DNA of 64,000 bases. Origin: Takakia lepidozioides. Lineage: Eukaryota > Plantae > Bryophyta. Below the pieces are notes generated by a model. It saw only the letters and a program-made list of their open reading frames with translations, was not told the origin of the DNA and did no database searches. Positions 49,417-63,910 of this stretch are shown here, piece after piece. The position numbers and the translations under genes are program-made. Each line of letters opens with the position of its first letter. Within the stretch, counting starts at the first letter, position 1. The DNA lies in the NCBI GenBank assembly GCA_030704615.1, contig CM060732.1, forward strand, positions 71,176,001-71,240,000. The letters run 5' to 3'.

Positions 49417-52400
49417 TTAAGTTAAGTTATATTTGTCTGTCTGTCTGTCTCTCTCACATTTTAGGTCACACAGTAAGCTATCCAATACCAATGCAACAGC
49501 GAATCCCAGCCATATTTACGGGGCAAGATGGAGCCGCGTCACCAAGCCGAAACCCTAAAACAAAAGTTCGGCTAGGTAGGTACATACGTACACCCATCAT
49601 GTCTCCATACAAAGGTACTCTGTACGCTGTACAATACCACATGCTCACGAGCCGATTTGTCGAGTATATAGTACAATTTTAGCGTACATACATTCGGCGG
49701 AACGTATCGTACTAGAGTGATCTACCTATTGATGGTCTCGGCTAGTAAAACTATTTGACCTTGACGGCAAAAAGGAGGCATCTCTGGTAACTATGTCAAA
49801 CTTTCCACGCGTGCAATGTCGTTGCACGTGGCGGCGCGAACCATCCCTTTCACGCGGGGAAGAGGCCCTGAGAGGAGAGAGGAGTCGAGAGAGTGTTGTG
49901 TGATCCACATGTAATAGAATTTGGCAAGAACTGTGGAAGGTCCAAGCGTTGTGTAGCTTGCAGCTGACTGGACCTTTCAGCATCCTGGCCTTAGAGAGGC
50001 GCGGAAGAAGTAGTGATATGCAAAGGGAGAGGAGAAGTGAGAGTGACAGAAAAAGGTCGTTGATTTGTCCGACCTGAAAGGTTCTGCAATGTAAGACAAT
50101 ACAAGAAGAAGGCAAGGCTTAGTTATTGAAGTTACAGATGAAGGTGGGAGCGTCGACATGGATACAAACAGCAGTTGCAAATTGCCGTCGCTGATATCAG
50201 GGATTCCAGCTCCCTTAGCTAAGATCCGGCCTTTCTTGGTGCCTCCATGGCAGGCAGCAAGAGCAACGCAAAGGCCGAGTTAAAGATTCTTTCACTTACA
50301 GAGAAGGAAGACTTTCTGGCGCATTGACCACAATATTTTCTGGTCTTTGGCAAGTTTGTTGACTGGCCACTGGTTTTCCTTCTGTGCCCGTGCTGCTGTG
50401 AGTATCAGTACCTCGCTCTTTGTTAGTAAGTCCCTTCTTTTCTTCTTTCTTTCTCTGCTTCCCTCTTCCTTTTCGGTGATAGTCTCCTTTTTCTTGGATT
50501 GTCAGTCCTCCTGGAAAATGCCGGAGCTTTGCTCCATTTTTCTCTTTGTATTAAGCTCCAGATAGCGGCAACGGGGTTTATTGGCCCTGAAAAATTTGTA
50601 CCAGCTCGTACTTTGTGATGGTTGTCCTCACTTGCATAAGAGCCAAACTTGAACACTGATTCATTGCACTAGAACAAATGTTTCATTTTATTCATTTGGT
50701 GCCATGGAGTTAGAGCAGAGTTAGAGTTCGTGTTACAGGGAAACAATGTCAACAATGTCGAAGTGACGCAAATGAACTGTGCTGTCTAGTCGAAGATGTT
50801 TAGCTGGTTGTGGTATGCTCAAAGTTGCAGGAACATTTCTCCAGGTTTAGATCAATCTCGGCGCTTCAAAGCCTATGCCGTTACGATTACAATTATTCAG
50901 GTTTTAATCACTGTCAAAGCACCACTCCCTCTCACACTCCTCGTGCAACTCATTCTCATGAGCTATGAAACGCTGAGAAGGTTTGAGTTTCAGAATGTTG
51001 ATGCACCTGAGTGACCAGAGATTTAGCGGCCGATAGATGATGTATAGAGGTAGGTTGGCCGAATTGTTGCCGGGCTTTGGTAAGAAGGCGTGGAAACTGT
51101 GCTAAGTTTGAGATGCCGAGGCTTAGTATGGAATGAGCATGTACCAGTTACAGTCACAGTCTAACCTTTCTGCTACTGTTGACCACGCTTTCTTTGGAGT
51201 ACCGATGGTTTATTGTCGAGCGTCCCTGTTCATCATCGCAAGTGCGCATTTTGACGCTGTTTACATCCGCACTTGGCTTGAAGACACCACGACCAAAGGT
51301 CATTCGATGCCAAGAGCACAAGGAAACTCTTAAGCCAGCTTGATCCTATGTGATTCTATTTTGATCCTAGTTTGATCCTATTTTTAAGCCAGTTTGATCC
51401 AATGTGATCGGCATGAGACTGCACGGTCACTATTCTTACTTATTTGTTTTGGCCATGTCCTAGATTGATGGATGCAATTTTGTTGAATTGATGGTTGATT
51501 GATGGAATCTCCTAGGTTGATTGATGCAATTTTGTTTGTTTGGTTGCACATCTCTCATGACATGGATCGTTGTGTGCCGTGGTCCTCAATTGCTTATTCT
51601 GGTGTAATTCCACACTATGTTTGGGGACACTTCTCCATAGTGCATTTGTAGCGGTCCATCATTTTGCTTAACAGCAATCTTCCTTTATGCATATCACAAC
51701 CATTTGGATTGGTCTGGTTTGCCTTGACCCAGGAGTTTGCACGATGCGAAATGACCCTCCATGTGGCTATTGCCCCAGCTTGATTATGTGAACTGCAATG
51801 ACCCTCAGAAGCCTTGGTTCGTAGAGACCATGCTCTTGGAGGGTCTAGCATGATCATGTTCTTGAGTTGTTTGTGCAACTTTGCCTCCGGTGTTTCATAA
51901 CGACCATGCAACCTAGGTAGTCATTGCTCTCCTACTAAGTCTGGTGGTTTGTGATTTTGCCTTGAGGTGATGGTAGCTATCTTGCTTATGGGTGATATAG
52001 TCACAATCGTGGTGTTCAGGGATTTCTGAAAGAGTATGCTATGAGATATGCATCACGAGTATGTTGTGGGATGTTGTGATACTTAAATGATCAACATTTG
52101 TTTGGCTGGATGGCTGTTTTACCTTTGGTAATACATTGTCAACTTGGCAGCTGGTTTGTTGGTATCCTCTACTCACTGTCGGGTGGACAGATATGTAGGA
52201 GCAATAAAGAATAAACTTAAATCAGTGCTTGTTTGGGTTCTAGCCCTCCTTGTGTGATTGCAGTTCCTGTAGCTTACTACTAGATTCAGGTAGAAATAGT
52301 AGATGACAATACTGTTTCCCGATATGTTGTGCTGTTTGTCATTCCTCACCAACCAATATGGTTCTTATGATGTTGGTTTCTCGTTGGTTTGAATGGCCTT

Positions 52401-53458
52401 AAAACTTGGCTATTACTCATTTGGAAATAATCATCTTATCTATGACAGACATGTGATGGTCTCTCAACTGAGTTAGGAAGGTTCAGTTATACCAGCATTG
52501 ATGATCCACAATGAATGCAATTTTGCTGACTAAAACTTGAATTTTGACATTGTATTATCTGTGAGAATCTCTCAACCAACTTTGATTGTGTGATTATTGT
52601 GTACAGATTTTGATTACAAATGCCTTGTCTATGTGGTGATGATGAATCATGTGCGTCAGCGGCCCTCTCTGCTGAAAGGTTAGCACTACTCCCCAAAGTT
52701 TCCACTATAGCAATGTTCAGCTTGTTTATATATGCTGCATCCCATGTGATAGGCCAATTTCTCTGGATCAGTTTCCACATCCAAGTATGTATGAACCGTT
52801 CTTACTACTTTGAGAGTTTATCTGTATGGGGGACCAAGCCCTGAAGAGCCATCATAGCGAACATGTTGCAGGGAATAACCAGTGAGCGTAACTCTCTTCT
52901 GTAGGGCACAAATCATAAACTTATGGGTGTGTTGTGCCTTGACAATTAACTGCAAGCAGATGGTGAGTCGACTGGTGGGTCAATGGAACTCTTTGAGTCT
53001 TAACATGGAAGAAGATTGTGTTGTTCTGGTCTCAGATGAGCTATTTTATCCTCGTCCGCAAATCGGCCCAAATTTCTATCAAGAGCATCCAGCTTGGTAG
53101 CAAAGTGTTGTTTTACATCATTCTGAATTCTTGGATGCTAATTTGACCTAACTTTTTGGCTGCATGCTACACTCTTGGTTAATAATTGATTGTTGGGTGG
53201 CTAGGTGGATCCCACCATCATTGTATATTATATGTATGAATTGAGAACGTTATCCAAGACACAGTGGACAAATGTGTTTAAGTCACACCTTTCTGAATTA
53301 TCTAAACCTCCCACCAGTTCAATCTTTTACATGTAGATCTGCTCTGGACCGCTTTTCTTCCCTCACTCATCCTGTCATAAGAAAGCAACCACTTTCTCTC
53401 TGCCACGTCGTCTAATTGAGAATCTCTGTCCCTCTGTCAGCTCCGTGGATGCTATGGA

Positions 53459-53660
53459 GTTCTTTTTTACTTTCTTCACTTCGACAATCCCTTGAGCACT
53501 AGTTGTTTTGGGCTGTTTTTTGGCTCTGGTGTTGTTTCCTCTCATGTTTTTTATGCTTTGTTCTTTTTTACTTTCTTCACTTCGACAATCCCTTGAGCAC
53601 TCATTGATTTTGGGCTGTTTTTTGGCTCTGGTTTTGTTTCCTCTCATGTTTTTTCCATTT
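53459..53660 (+). repeat. ~101-bp tandem duplication within a segment homologous to the GOX 3' UTR
   Basis: GTTCTTTTTTACTTTCTTCACTTCGACAATCCCTTGAGCAC.. occurs at 53459 and 53560. Confidence 0.85.
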
Positions 53661-56380
53661 TGTCCCATAAGCTCTTTGAGCTTTCCGCGGACGTTATAAG
53701 GTACCATTTCATTTCATTTCCATTTCATTTCATTTCCTCTAGCATTGCTGTAGGAGCAGGATTGGGACTGCCCACTCTATAAATGGGCAGAGAATAATGG
53801 TGGAATAGGTGATGCTGTGTTCAGGTGCCCATTGTACGCAGGTATTCCAATGATTCGAATGCCTCATATCCTTTCTAATATTTCTGAGACTGCTAAATAT
53901 GGTGGGGTTGATAGTCAAATTTTCAGATTGTTTCATCTTGTAGCTTGAAGAGTTCCTTGTTTTCCGAATGGTACTTGTTTTATTCTTCTCCTCGAGGTGA
54001 AAGTTGCTCACAACCTCATCTCGTCAAAAGGACAAGAGACTTGCTTAGAAAGGAAGGCTTTTTGTTTGGAGTATTGTCTTTAAGATGATTGATTCCCAAC
54101 TTGGTGATATCAAGTGGGGAGCTTGTACAAGCCCACTTACTACAGGGAGTTCACTTACCCCTTTATCTCTTCCTCCTTCTCTTCTCTGTTTTCTTTTCTC
54201 ATTTTCTTCTTTGTTCTCATCCCTCGCGTGTTTACTTTTTTGAGATCTTCTTTCACTCGTTTCCTCATACATTGTCGAAGTGATAGCCAACAGGACTGAT
54301 TTTCCCGTTACTTCCAAATGTGTGATAGAATTCGGTATGGTTGGTTTTCCTCAGTGCCGTAAACCTTACATTCTCTGATGCATCATATTCTGCATGAGAG
54401 GTCCTTTATGGAAGCATCAGGAGACTGGCATGGCACCTCCTGCAACTGCAATGCCCACCTCTGTAATCCTTGTTCAGATATCAGGATCAATTATTACAAT
54501 AGTTTATGCTTCAGTTGAAAAGATAGTTGAGAAATTCTGGAAAAAGCCAGATCTAACTGCAAGTGTAGACGGAAGTCATCTAGGGGGTGAGCCTTCTGCT
54601 ACAATTATATCTTCCTACCCCTCACTCCTCTTTCCTCTTTATGAGCACTCACGGAAAGTGGCCACATTCAGCATTCAGCAAGCAAACTCTAATGACTGTG
54701 TCATCTCTTTCCTTCTCTTTTCTGTCAGAATATGCCGGCAAGGAGAAAGAAGGGAATGAACTGTATACACCAAGATTTTGTCCCTTGAACACTTTTTTTT
54801 CGGCTTTCCTGCGGACAAACTTTCTTTCCATCTTTTTCGTTCCGTCTCCCTGGGTCTCTCCCTCCCTGTGTGAATGCTAATAAAAGTTTCTTTTGTCTTT
54901 CTCCAACAAATACTTGGCAACTCACCTTCACTAGGTGCCCCAGTGTAGTAGGCTTGGTTGATGGTCATGCATTCTTGTCGGACATTCTCGTTTGGATTTC
55001 CGTGGAGGTCATGAATTTCTTTCTCTCTCTCACAGGCAAGTATCATACTTGTAAAGTCTCACTTGTGGGCACAAACTTTTTGATGTTGTGCAGGTAATGG
55101 AGAACATTCCTACTATTCTTCAACCTTCGCTTCAACTGTGATATTATAGTCAACTGGACTGCCTCCTGGCTTGTATCGGTGTGGCACACACACGAAATTA
55201 TCCTGCCTTATCTAAGTGCTGATAAAATGTGTGTAATCACAGGCATTAATGAAATTTATGGTCTCCAAGATTTCCTAATATCATCCTTGGTTTAGTGATG
55301 CAATCTTGCTACAATATGGCAGGCAGACACTAATGACAGGTCTGGATTTGATTGCAAAAGGCAAACTACGGCTGTTTCCCCTTCGTCTACCCTTTTAATC
55401 TTTTCAGCTTTTGGAAGTGGTTAGACCATCTTCTATTTCAGTAGATATCTGAGATGGAATCAAGGGAAGAAGATTTAAGGTATGAAACTTGTATCTAGTT
55501 CACATCAAATACACTACTACAAGCTTGTGGAGACTCTGAGGTTTTCTGTGTCAATCCAGGTCTTCTGTGGAGTATGTGTGATGTGGCCAATGTCTGGTGT
55601 TCCAGCTCCATCTTCTTTTGTTGGTGAAGCGCTTCCCTCTCCTTGTGTGGGGTTTGAGGCGATCAGTATGAGTATTTTGCCAACTAGGCTTGGAATGTAC
55701 AGGTGCACTACAAACTATAGTTTGTTATCCGATCCTAAAAGTATATGTGCCCTTGGTTCTTTTGGTTCTCTTATTGTGTGAATGGCAGGGCCTGCAATTA
55801 TTTCCCATCAAGTCTGGTTGAGAAGCCCCTCTTGAATTATGTACTTATTCAAGGTTCATTTTCCCTCCTTTGTCAAGTTTCATTGGACTTGCTTTAGTTA
55901 CTGTACATACAGTGGTCAAAGGAATGCATATGCCAGTGTCAGCTTGCTTTGACTATGCATAATCGATATTATCTTTGGTATAAACTTGTGTCATCTTTAC
56001 CCAAAGCAGCTTTTGAGACTGTTTCATCACCATGCTCACTGCAATGTCTGTTTTTCCTTTTTCTAGGAGACTACGAGCTATATTCATCGAAGTGTTTGCA
56101 GCTGACAAGAGATGTCTACCCTTGGTGCAAGATTGCAAGGGAGGGCCTCTCAGCTGGAAATGCCACATAGAGAGAGCCTTGGTATACCTGCCAGATTGAA
56201 AATCTGAACTGCGCACATTTGCAATAGAGGAACCCACATGCTAAACGTGGACTCTGAAATGGTGCTTAAATAAATAATCCCGATCCCCGAAATATCCTTG
56301 ATTTGGCATCAGACTATCCGTAGAGCTGAAATCAATATTGTACGAGCAATCAGCTGTGGTAGTGTCAAGCACGCATGTGA

Positions 56381-57070
56381 TTGTCTTAGCTCCTCCTTAG
56401 GGGCTTTCTAGTCTGAGAATACTGATACTCGATCACAATAATATTGGTTCTTGGATTGTGGAGGGGTGCAGCTGTTCCACGAGAGATATTCTGAAGCCGA
56501 AGCAGAAACAGGAAACCTGAAAGTTTCAGGTTTGTTCTTGGCCATGTTCTTCTTACCTATGTGATAGTGACAGAAAGAGAATTGCTTCATGCCGGGTGCT
56601 AGTCTCAACTTGGAGCTTATGGAACTTTGCTATATATTAGCTTCAATTTGGGCCAATTTAATTTCTTCACTGTGGTAGTGCCAGTCCTTGTCAAATGTGG
56701 ACTATTGGATTGTACCCTCCATTTCTTTGTCTTAGCTCCTCCTTAGGGGCTTTCTAGTCTGAGAATACTGATACTCGATCACAATATAATTGGTTCTTGG
56801 GATTGTGGAGGGGTGCAGCTGTTCACGAGAGATATTCTGAAGCCGAAGCAGAAACAGGAAACATGAAAGTTTCAGGTTTGTCTTGGCCATGTTCTTCTTA
56901 CCTATGTGATAGTGACAGAAAGAGAATTGCTTCATGCCGGGTGCTAGTCTCAACTTGGAGGCTTATGGAACTTGCTATATATTAGCTTCAATTTGGGCCA
57001 ATTTAATCTTCACTGTGGTAGTGCCAGTCCTTGTCAAATGTGGACTATATGGATTGTAACCCTCATTTCT
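56381..57070 (+). repeat. Near-identical 346-bp tandem duplication
   Basis: TTGTCTTAGCTCCTCCTTAGGGG.. at 56381 and 56727. The copies differ mostly by 1-bp indels. Confidence 0.92.
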
Positions 57071-60000
57071 CTCGACTAATAGAAAACTTTATCATGTCAT
57101 TGAAATAAGATGTATGCATAGTTGGTATGCATACAAGCTATGTGTTGCAAACGCTTGCAGATTGTGGGCCCGGGCTTGTGAGTCCAAGGAAGGTGACATA
57201 TGTGTGATTGGCAGTATGTGATAGAATGGTGAGGATGACGTGTAACATCCTTAAACTCTCAAATTATATAGAAAGTTATGCTGGTGAACAGTTGGTCTGC
57301 CAAATGAATGGGTACATTATCCTCTGGTACCGTCTGTGTTCAGTCTATTCATTCGTGTAAGTTAAATAGATTGGGAATTTAACCCCCTCAGAATTATATC
57401 AGCACATCATGAAGTAAATTCTCAAACACTTTTGATTGTGTTGAGGTAACTGAACTTCGTCGCACCCTTACTGGACTGAAGGACACCGATAGTGAGCTAT
57501 ACTATTTCAAAATGTGGGTAGGCCCTCACTAGTTGTGTTGCTAGAGTTATTAGCGAGTGGGTTTGATGATGTTCTGCAATATTGTGAGTTTTGAAAAGCC
57601 CATAGAGTGTCAATGCATTGGGGAATACCATATCCATGTTATTTGTCTTCTGTTTTTGTCACTATCTGCTGAATATGAGCTAATGCTCCATTCCTGGTTA
57701 GTTGAGAGTGTGGGTATTCACCAATGATCTTAAGTTTCAGTATATATCGTGACTTACGGAGAGCTTACACCGGATCAGAACTGGATTTGAATATGCAGCG
57801 CTGCATTCAGATCATTCTCGCAGTACTGTGATCATGGTGGCTATTGTTGTAGCTGATCAGGCCAGTGGTTTCCTCGCAGTTAAGCTCTCAATAAATTTCG
57901 CCTCTCAAACGATTACTGAGAAACGCAGCACTGTGCAAGAAAAAGTGGAATTAAGTAACCCTCGATATGTTGGTCAGCCCTCCCGCACAACGTCGAGTCT
58001 CCTAACCACTAACCACGAAGCCACATGTATCAGCTCCAGTTATAGCGTTCTATGCGTGATATTGTGATTAACCAAGTAGTTTTAGCTAAGTTTGAAGTTC
58101 TTTCCAGTGAGTTGTGCAGTCACTTCTCACATATTGGAACAGAAAGCGGTTAGAGGAGAGGCCCCGGGACTGTCACTGATGTTTTCTTGGCAGCTGAGTA
58201 CCAGCAACTGGCAATGTCAGTCCAGACTGCCAATTCCGATTTGACAGTCACTTGTTTTTCTCTCAAGCACACTTGAGTGGAAAACATGAACCTCTCCTAC
58301 ACGGAGTCGAGCCAAAAAGGCTCAAGATGACACCACTGTCCACCGCACTAGGTAGCTGGATTATTAGAACCCACACTTATTACTCCTGTGGCCACTGTGC
58401 CCTATCCAACTAACCTACCGACCCATCAGCTCTTTGTTACCTTTAGCAGTACCTCGCATTGTATCGATAATTAAAGAAACACTACATTTTGTATCGATAT
58501 TTGCTGTTGCTCTCAGTATTTCGCTATTGTTCCTATTGTTCCTATTGTTCTTCCCCACCTTTTGAAGATCCCATTTTATGAGTCTGGCTATATAAACCGC
58601 CCAATGTCCAGTGACTCACTCCATCACCTCTTGTAAATATCACTTGAAAGTGATTTTGTCTATTTGTGACGGTTGGTATCACCGGCCTATGATGGGCGGA
58701 ATGCCGACTCGGACCGACCCCTAAGCCCTGACACCCACTTGGTCTTAAAGAGCAGACAGATGCGTTCGCCGAAATGTTTCGAGCGTAGGAATGTGTGTAG
58801 CGTGGGAAAAACTGTGTTCCCGCAATCCCAACTTGACTGACGTTCTCCAAATCTTTGACTGATGATGGACTTCAATTATCCAATGAAATGGAGTCCAATG
58901 AAAGAAGGGCCGCCAAAAACATTTGGGTCTCCGACAGAAAAACCTGACCCGGGCTGCCGGGAATTTGTTGCGCCCAACATTCCGTGGGCCCCGACGCCTT
59001 CACTGTTCACACGCTTTTCTCACACGCTTGAAACCCACATGCCATGTCTCAACGGATGACAGTTGAACGAGTTTCACCTACATGCGCAGCCTAAGACTAG
59101 GGATGAGCCATGACAGTCGGATGAGAACCTTATTTTCATCCCATAGGATGAATTCCATCGACATCAACCAATATGTTGCGTGGGTTATTTATGTTGAGTG
59201 TTTGTAAGCCAAACACTGAACGGATGAATGAATGAGAAAGGTCTGTAATGGATGATAATATGTTCTCTGGAATGAGAAAATGAGTTTCCTTCTTGGACGA
59301 AAAACTATGCCCTTTGGAAAAAATAATGTTTCAAAACACTGAACTTAGACCCTTTTTTACCAAAAAAAAAGTGCGTAAATGCACAGTTCATTACATCGTA
59401 GGAGGTTATAATCAATAATATTCCCTTGGACCGGCAACCAACCAACCGATAGATTTTTATTAGCAAGAAGAAGTATGTGATTGTGACATTCGCTAAGTTT
59501 GTGGAGGAAAACGGTAGCATACGGGAATAACTTGGTATGGACCTAAAACATGGGGGCCCATGGAAGGCACTTATATAAAGAAACAAGATTGTGGATCACA
59601 CGAAAGAATATGACTGTACAGCTAATGCCCACTGTGCACTGTTCACTGTGACTATTTGCAGCACTCTATTTCGGCCAGACTGCCGTCACCCATGTCTGCA
59701 CACAGTGCCTTTGACTCGATTTCTGGCTTCTTTCCAGGGATTTTCATGTTCCGTCCATGCATCTCACTAAATTTAGGCCTGAGTCGAAAAGCTACTGCGG
59801 ATTCTTCCTACGACTCAAATTTTCCCTCAAGTCATGGCATATTCAACATTCTGGAACGTTCTTGAATAAAAAACCCGGGATTCATTATCCCATAACACTT
59901 GCCCCGGCAGGCATATATTGGAACTTGTGAACATCTGTGAGGTACAATGCCTCGAGTGGATTGGGACATGGGGACCTATACTGCACCCCGACCCCGACGG

Positions 60001-63000
60001 ACAATAAATGGAGGAAAGGTGTGTTGTCGTCAAACTTGGGCAAACCCAAGGCAATAAATGAACGAACAAAACATATTCCGCACTCACATGGCTCCGGGAC
60101 ATCCAACCTTGCACTCTCATCCACGGCCACGAATCAAGTGAAAAGAAAAGAGCTTTGGCACTAAAAAGCGACGAAAGCTATGCACGCCCACGCATCCATC
60201 GCGACATTTGCATGACACGACGCGGTAATCGGATGGAGTAGAACCATCCAGAGCTCGATGGAGTGAGGATGGATGAAACGTACCGGGAAATGAATAAGTG
60301 GCCAGCGTGGGCCCGATTTCATCTAATCATTTCATCACTGCGCTCGTCAAAATATCTGTGGGCGGCCCACCAACGGCGCCGAATGAACTTGGTACGTCCG
60401 AATGAATATCAGTGTGCATCCGTCGGGCCCCACCTTGCCCCTGCACCGCGCCCGTGATCGCCCCCCGCGTGGCGTCACCTGACGAATGAATGATTCTTTT
60501 CATCGACAGTGCCCAGCTTTGCGAGCCCACAGATATGTTTTCTCATTCACTACAGTCATCATTATCTGATCATTGCGTCGCATGTGGACGGATGATCATT
60601 TGCTGCTTCCGTCAATTCGCCATCCATCAACGTCCTCATGATTAACTGCAATGCACCACAAACAAAGTTCGAACCAACAAATCTAAAATTAAACTGGTCC
60701 GAATCGCGATCAATGCAGCGCACGAAATTTGGGTAATCCGTGTCAGAAGGTACGGCGAGCATGAATCGAAGGCGAGTGTGCGATAAGAGCGCGAGTACAG
60801 TCTCTCGCTCGCGTGGGGCCGTCCCACGGGAAAAACTATTCTCTCTGCGCGACAGAGTGTGCGGCAGAGCAAAGCGTTGGCGCCTGCATCGGGAATCTCG
60901 CGGGGCTGCCCGGACACTCCGTACCGTTAGCAGCGCGAGCATTTCGGCTGGGTTTTTGTGTTGCGGGTGCTCACCTCCCGCTCCGCACGCGCGGGTCGCC
61001 CGCACGAGGCCCGCCGCCTTCGTGGCGCTGCGGGGCAGCGCGCGGGCGATGATCGGGCTCTCTCTCATGCTGTCGTGAACCTCAAGTCTCAGAAAGGACC
61101 CGTCACTTTGCTTTTGCTTCATGCTGGGCTGGCCCTCGGCTGTCACTATAACCTGGCGTCCAGAATGAAAATCTAAGTTAACGCAAATAGAGCAGGAATA
61201 TAGAACTTGGTTGTTGAATGTTGCAGTTATTCATGTAACGTCGAAGCTTGATAACGTACACTCGTCCACCGAGTAAGAAATAAATGCATGGAAATAGTGA
61301 CATGCGAGCCCGCGGCCCAGTCGTTGTGACTCGCACTGCAAGCTTCCCACGCTCAACATGCTAATTGTTTCGACGCAAAGTGTGAATGACCAGCAGATCA
61401 TCCATCCACCTGAAGACGGACATGCCACCCGGATTGTCTGGGGCCCGGTGACAGGGCTGCCGCCGGTTATTTGTGTCCCGTCCCGACGAAGCTGCACGTG
61501 TCGCCTATCCAACTCGGCATTCTCCCCCCCTTCCCCCCCTCTGGGGCTTTGCACCGGGACAGATACATGAATCTCATCCAAACACTGAGGTAATTTATTT
61601 ACGCAATGCAAGAGTAATATTATTTATTTTTTACTAATGCTCAAAGTGTACATTTCCAAATTTGCTTTTGGTAATAAACTGGGGGCCTCGTGTGCAGACG
61701 GAATGTGTTTGGGCGACGGCGCAGGCGTGACGTGGGAGGGATGGCGCCGTCACCGCGGGCCTCGCCGTCCACGCCTGCGCTGCTTTGTCCCTTTCCGGCC
61801 GCCTCCACTGGGCCAGCACCGGTGCAGCCGGTCGACAAGTCAGGCACGCTGCATCAGAATGATCAGATGAGCAGAGCGCCAGCCCGGCCGCGTCTGCAGA
61901 CATTCATCCGAACGGACACAGTCATCCATCCCTTCCACACCGCCGAAAGCCAGGCTCCAGCGAGTAAAGCCCGCAGTACGGCCGCGCAGGCGCTGACAGG
62001 CACGAGAGCGCGCCACATGGCCGCGGCTGCCGCACTGCCGGAGAGGCCGGGCCAGCGGGCCGCGCTCTGACGCCCGCCCGCGGTCCGGCTTCGCCTGCCG
62101 CGGATGGCGCGCCGCCTGCCGCCAAACGCGGCGCGGTCAGCTTTTTCGGGGCTGTCGGGACGACCGACCCTACCCCACATTCCACGGGGTGTGTGTGGAT
62201 GGGCGCGGGCGAGTAGGACGACGGAGATCGGGTGACGGCCGTCTGCGACAGGATTTCGCCGTCGATTTCCGGATCTTTGCTGTGCTGGCCCGAGTGCCGA
62301 GAAATCGATCTACGGCTGCATCGCCGGAGCGATTCATGGCGTCGGTCTTGCCGGGAAGTTTGCGCACGCGATACGGCCGGGCGGGGGATGTTCTCAGAAA
62401 TGAATTCGGAGAAAAAAGAGAAAAAAGAAAGGGAAATCGAGGGCCGCACAGTTGGCCCCATGCATGTCTGTCCACCCGCACGTTTCCCTTCCCGACAGAC
62501 TGGCTTACACCCTGACTTACACAGTTTTCATTCTATCGACTGGAATTATGGAAATTTCGAATTCAGGGATTTCCAGCGATTGTGTCCCGCTCCCTTTCCC
62601 TGTCCCTTTCCCTCTCACCAAAACAAACTGCAAATCATGGGTTGCAACGGATTTGGACAGAGGGCTGGGGACAGCGCATGGCAAGCCGCCCAAGATATAC
62701 GCAGACTGCGGAAAGCTATGTAAAGGTGCGCTAAACGGCGATGCTTGGCAATACTTTAAGAGTAAACAAAGGGGTATCATGTGCATTTCGTGAGGAAAGT
62801 GATATAAAAGGAAGGGCAGCAGGGGTTTGGATAGTATTGCAAAGCGAGGGACGATGGGAGGGGGGATGGCGAGTGGCAGCCCCGACGGCGCGCATGCGTG
62901 GGCGAGGCTGACGTAAGGAATCCCGGCCCGGCTGTCGAAGCCAGGGAAAAGCGCACCCGTCATTTCACCGCCCTGCCTGCAGCCTACCGGGACAGCGCAG

Positions 63001-63759
63001 TAAAGGAAACCAGCCTGAGACTGGGAGACCGGCGGTTGCCGGTAGGGGGAGCACCTGAGCATTAAATATGTCGAGCCGAGAGATAGCGGGCAGAGGGAAG
63101 GTAAAAAGTTTGTTGCGATCAGCGGACCTACAGAGTACCCAGGTATTCCGGGCACAGTAGAAAAAACTAGGAAAGGATATTGCGGTCGGGGCGCACGACA
63201 TCGGGAACAGGGCCCCTTCCCGGCGGCTTCCTGGGGCCAGCCGCCAATTCGGCGGGCGCGTTTCGCGGTGGCCACCGACACAGCCGGCCGGGCTTCCTGC
63301 AACAGCCCAATCCATAACCGCAGTGGGCCCTCACTTCCAAAGCAGGGAAGCTTTCATACCCGAATAACCCGCGCCCCGCGGCAATCGATATGGGACTAAA
63401 TAATTGTTACAAGCTCGGATGTCACGGTACCGTTAATGAAATGTTTTGGGGAGGCGGGATTGATTCTGGTCCTGCCCGAGAAACGGGAATTGGGAGTCGC
63501 GCCCGCGGTCGTACAAAGCAAAAGCGGGTATGGGAAAGACGACGAGGCGAGCAGACACCCACACGGCAAGGTACGCAACGATCGCAAGGCAAATGCAGGG
63601 ATATGGGCGGTCGATCATATTCCCCGCTTGGCCCTCCGACTCATGTCTTCAACTGTGGATTTTCTCGTCGCAAGTCCGGGCCCATACCCATCGACTCGCG
63701 CGCGATGGAGTGCGCCTCTGCTGCCAATATATCCACACATACCCTCTCGCACCCGCTCG

Positions 63760-63910
63760 CATGCTGCCACGTAATATTGAGTGCTCTGCACAAAGCGGGA
63801 GCAAGCTAGCGTAAGTAGGTTTCTGGATTTCTCGCTCGCTCGCCCGCATGCACTGCGGACAGGGCCGGGCAGGACATGGGGTCTGTCTGTCCCTGCCATC
63901 TATATATAGA
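63760..63910 (+). promoter_or_regulatory. Putative Pol II promoter (ABRE, RY motif, TATA) for a gene beyond the window
   Basis: GCCACGT at 63766, CATGCA at 63847, TATATATA at 63901. These are short motifs only. Confidence 0.35.

Noticed and set aside
57471-57490. miR319-like TGGACTGAAGG
   Set aside because: Only an 11-nt match with no surrounding hairpin.
60485-60575. Possible C/D box snoRNA (ATGATT..CTGA)
   Set aside because: The boxes are imperfect, with no terminal stem or recognisable rRNA guide.
60500-63900. Many overlapping ORFs of 60-260 aa
   Set aside because: GC-rich DNA with few stop codons, Arg/Ala/Pro-biased translations on both strands and no recognisable domain.
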